DNA of 64,000 nt from IMG/VR virus record IMGVR_UViG_3300043409_000928, positions 1 through 64,000 of that record; one strand, written 5' to 3'. A program made the position numbers and the translations under genes. Position 1 is the stretch's first letter, and the number at the start of each line of letters is the position of its first letter. Positions 61,815 to 64,000 of this stretch are shown here, piece after piece. Under the pieces are notes generated by a model that worked only from the letters and a program-made list of their open reading frames with translations, searched no databases and was not told where the DNA came from.

Positions 61815-63281
61815 TTAAGTTTCACGACTTACAATAGCACGTAGCGCATCTCTATTGGCATTGCTGGCAACCGCTATCCCAGAATTTGGCTTTAATATAT
61901 CAAATCCTTCTTTGGCTTGAGGCTTTTCCCATTTGGTCGATTGTGTACTTGTTTCGGTGGGCGTAACTGTTGTTCCTAAGTTTGTCCTAGACTTAATCTT
62001 CTCATATACATCTGATGCTTTACTTGCAGTTGTTGTACTATCGCCATCCATGTCAGTAATACGCAAGGTATCTGGATTAAAACTTAATTCAATTTTCTGT
62101 CCAACTGAACCAGAACTACGAGTTTTCATAAACTGCAATTGTACCATGCAACGCTCACGCATTGTGGGTGTGCTGTAAATACCAAACACATTGTCAGCAG
62201 TTTGAATCTTACTCAAGCCACCTGCAATCATACTGTGGTCAAACTCCACACTTTCAACTGCACTACGATTTAATTGACTGGCAGTTGCCAATAACAACTG
62301 TTCACCAACAACCAAGTTTCGCAATTCTTCTGCAACAAGTTTATCCTTGACAAACATGTCACTGACGCTGATCTTTTGTCCTGCTGGCATCATCAAGTCA
62401 AGATAATCAACTAAAATTGCATCAACTTTGATCTTGCGCTGAGTCTGAAATTCTCTAATCCATGCTAACAAATCGTTTGGGGTTACGCCATTTGTCAACT
62501 GCACAATTTGTAGTATGCCTGCTTTCTTACCTGCCATACGCACTTTAAGATCCACATGTTCTAATTTCTTAAACACTTCTCGAGTGGGAGTATCCGACAG
62601 CATTGCATCCATACGCATTGCACACAGTCCCTCACTGAGTTCTAAACTAAAGTAAACTGTATTCAAACCTGTCATTGCCCAGTTGAGTCCTAGGTTTTGC
62701 AAAAACAAACTCTTGCCTGCACCCGAGGCACCTGCAAAAATGTTTAACTCGCCTTTGTTAAAGCCACCATATAGCTTGTCATCAAGACTTTTCCATCCGG
62801 TACTCAACTGTCCATTATTATCTTTGAGTGCTGTTAACCTGCCCTGTGGATCAGCAAAGTAATCTGTGCCGAATGTCTTTGGTAACCCTACTTGTACTGC
62901 GTCCTTAATTAATTTTTCAACAGCACCATACTGACTTTTATCCAGTAGGTCTGCACTTTTTAAAATTGCCTGTTCCAATGCTTTGTGTCTAGCAAACCCT
63001 TCAAACTCATCAAGGAACCAAGTTGCATGATCCACTGCTGTTTGTCCAGCATCTGTTAACTCTACGCCTGTGATTGCTTTAACTTGTGTTATGTCTGGAA
63101 TGTTACCATGTTCATTTACATAGTTCTTAATAAACTCTGCCGCGGCACGGAGCCTACGATCAAAATGATCTGGATCCAATACATTCTGACAGCGAGCGGC
63201 CAGATCCCTGTTGGAGATTAAAAAGTTCAGAAACAGCTTTTGGGTTTCGTGGTTATATTCTTTTATATCATCTGCCATCAA
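61815..63281 (-). CDS. DnaB-like replicative helicase (T4 gp41-like)
   Basis: GASGAGKS, SLELSE, VDYLDLM, SQLNR. Confidence 0.93.
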   Translation of the reverse strand: MMADDIKEYNHETQKLFLNFLISNRDLAARCQNVLDPDHFDRRLRAAAEFIKNYVNEHGNIPDITQVKAITGVELTDAGQTAVDHATWFLDEFEGFARHKALEQAILKSADLLDKSQYGAVEKLIKDAVQVGLPKTFGTDYFADPQGRLTALKDNNGQLSTGWKSLDDKLYGGFNKGELNIFAGASGAGKSLFLQNLGLNWAMTGLNTVYFSLELSEGLCAMRMDAMLSDTPTREVFKKLEHVDLKVRMAGKKAGILQIVQLTNGVTPNDLLAWIREFQTQRKIKVDAILVDYLDLMMPAGQKISVSDMFVKDKLVAEELRNLVVGEQLLLATASQLNRSAVESVEFDHSMIAGGLSKIQTADNVFGIYSTPTMRERCMVQLQFMKTRSSGSVGQKIELSFNPDTLRITDMDGDSTTTASKASDVYEKIKSRTNLGTTVTPTETSTQSTKWEKPQAKEGFDILKPNSGIAVASNANRDALRAIVSRET

Positions 63282-63475
63282 TTATTCCCCCATCGCAATG
63301 CAGTTATTGCGGCATCATCTCTATTGTTAAAATCAAATATCATATAGTTTTCGTTTAGTTCTGTTTTATACTTGCCACCTGGAAGACCAAATTCTTCTAT
63401 CACCCAGGCACATACATGGTTCCACCACTCTGTGGTATCCTGGCCTATTTTCCAACTTAGTTTGACTTTATACAC
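63278..63475 (-). CDS. Hypothetical protein
   Basis: WVIEEFGLPG..F...ALRW. Confidence 0.65.
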   Translation of the reverse strand: MYKVKLSWKIGQDTTEWWNHVCAWVIEEFGLPGGKYKTELNENYMIFDFNNRDDAAITALRWGNN

Positions 63476-64000
63476 ACCACCGCCTACATAGTAATTTAAT
63501 CTTCAATGGTGAGCTCTCAATCGCCGATAACACACTTTGTAGCACAGCAATCCTTCCAAACTTCTGTGCGGCCTCATTTGCATCTTTAATACCATCTGGC
63601 CATTCTGGAAAACTAACACTCCATCCCAACTCTGCCGCTTGCATTGCAAGTACTAAACCAGCTTTGTCTCTATCAGGCAATACCACTGGCTCATTGTCAA
63701 TGTCTTCAATAATTTTTGCTTGCTCTGGGCTAATTGTGTTGGTCATAATAGCAACACCATCCAGTGTCAATGCATCATACTCGCCTTCAGTTACAATTGT
63801 GTATTTGCGACTATGACTTTGATGATCCAAATTGAATACAAAACTTGGAGGACGACTTGTGACCATCTTTGCAGTTTTCTTGTCCGGTACGTCACCTATC
63901 CAGCGGGCACTATATCCTACAATTTTACCATCACTTATATAAGGTAGTATAACACGATTATCCATGCCTTGTACAGGACTTGCACTAGTGTACCAATCGC
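63468..64000 (-). CDS. DNA primase (TOPRIM), N-terminus outside window
   Basis: EGEYD, PDRDKAG, KDANEA; frame open to window edge. Confidence 0.9.
   Translation of the reverse strand, partial: DWYTSASPVQGMDNRVILPYISDGKIVGYSARWIGDVPDKKTAKMVTSRPPSFVFNLDHQSHSRKYTIVTEGEYDALTLDGVAIMTNTISPEQAKIIEDIDNEPVVLPDRDKAGLVLAMQAAELGWSVSFPEWPDGIKDANEAAQKFGRIAVLQSVLSAIESSPLKIKLLCRRWCV

Overview
64 kb of a large lytic T4-like (myovirus/jumbo-type) dsDNA phage genome. Most genes are on the - strand. A proteobacterial, probably betaproteobacterial, host is inferred from the IscU/IscA, Bug/TctC and PBP7-like genes. The window contains: early small genes behind consensus sigma70 promoters; host-derived genes (clpP, iscU/iscA, rpoZ-like, HD/(p)ppGpp-hydrolase-like, SSS and TctC transport proteins); a dispersed set of radical-SAM, 2OG-Fe(II)-like and N-type ATP-pyrophosphatase genes; two tRNA clusters (17 and 12 genes, together all 20 amino acids) interleaved with long structured non-coding segments; a circularly permuted tmRNA; nrdAB; a PAAR spike, M15 peptidase and head-associated genes; helicase and primase. 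Main finding: each tRNA cluster is headed by promoter > leaderless leader-peptide ORF > antiterminator/terminator. Each leader's codons match the amino acids of the tRNAs in its own downstream cluster (31/38 and 19/21 codons), suggesting a translation-coupled attenuator that induces phage tRNA arrays when host tRNAs are depleted. Other highlights: a hydrophobic micro-ORF inside the tmRNA intervening segment, a YrlA-like permuted tRNA mimic, a duplicated ~200-nt ncRNA, a family of stem-closed RNAs, and a recurrent 18-bp palindrome upstream of early promoters. All calls are by eye from motifs; no database searches were run.
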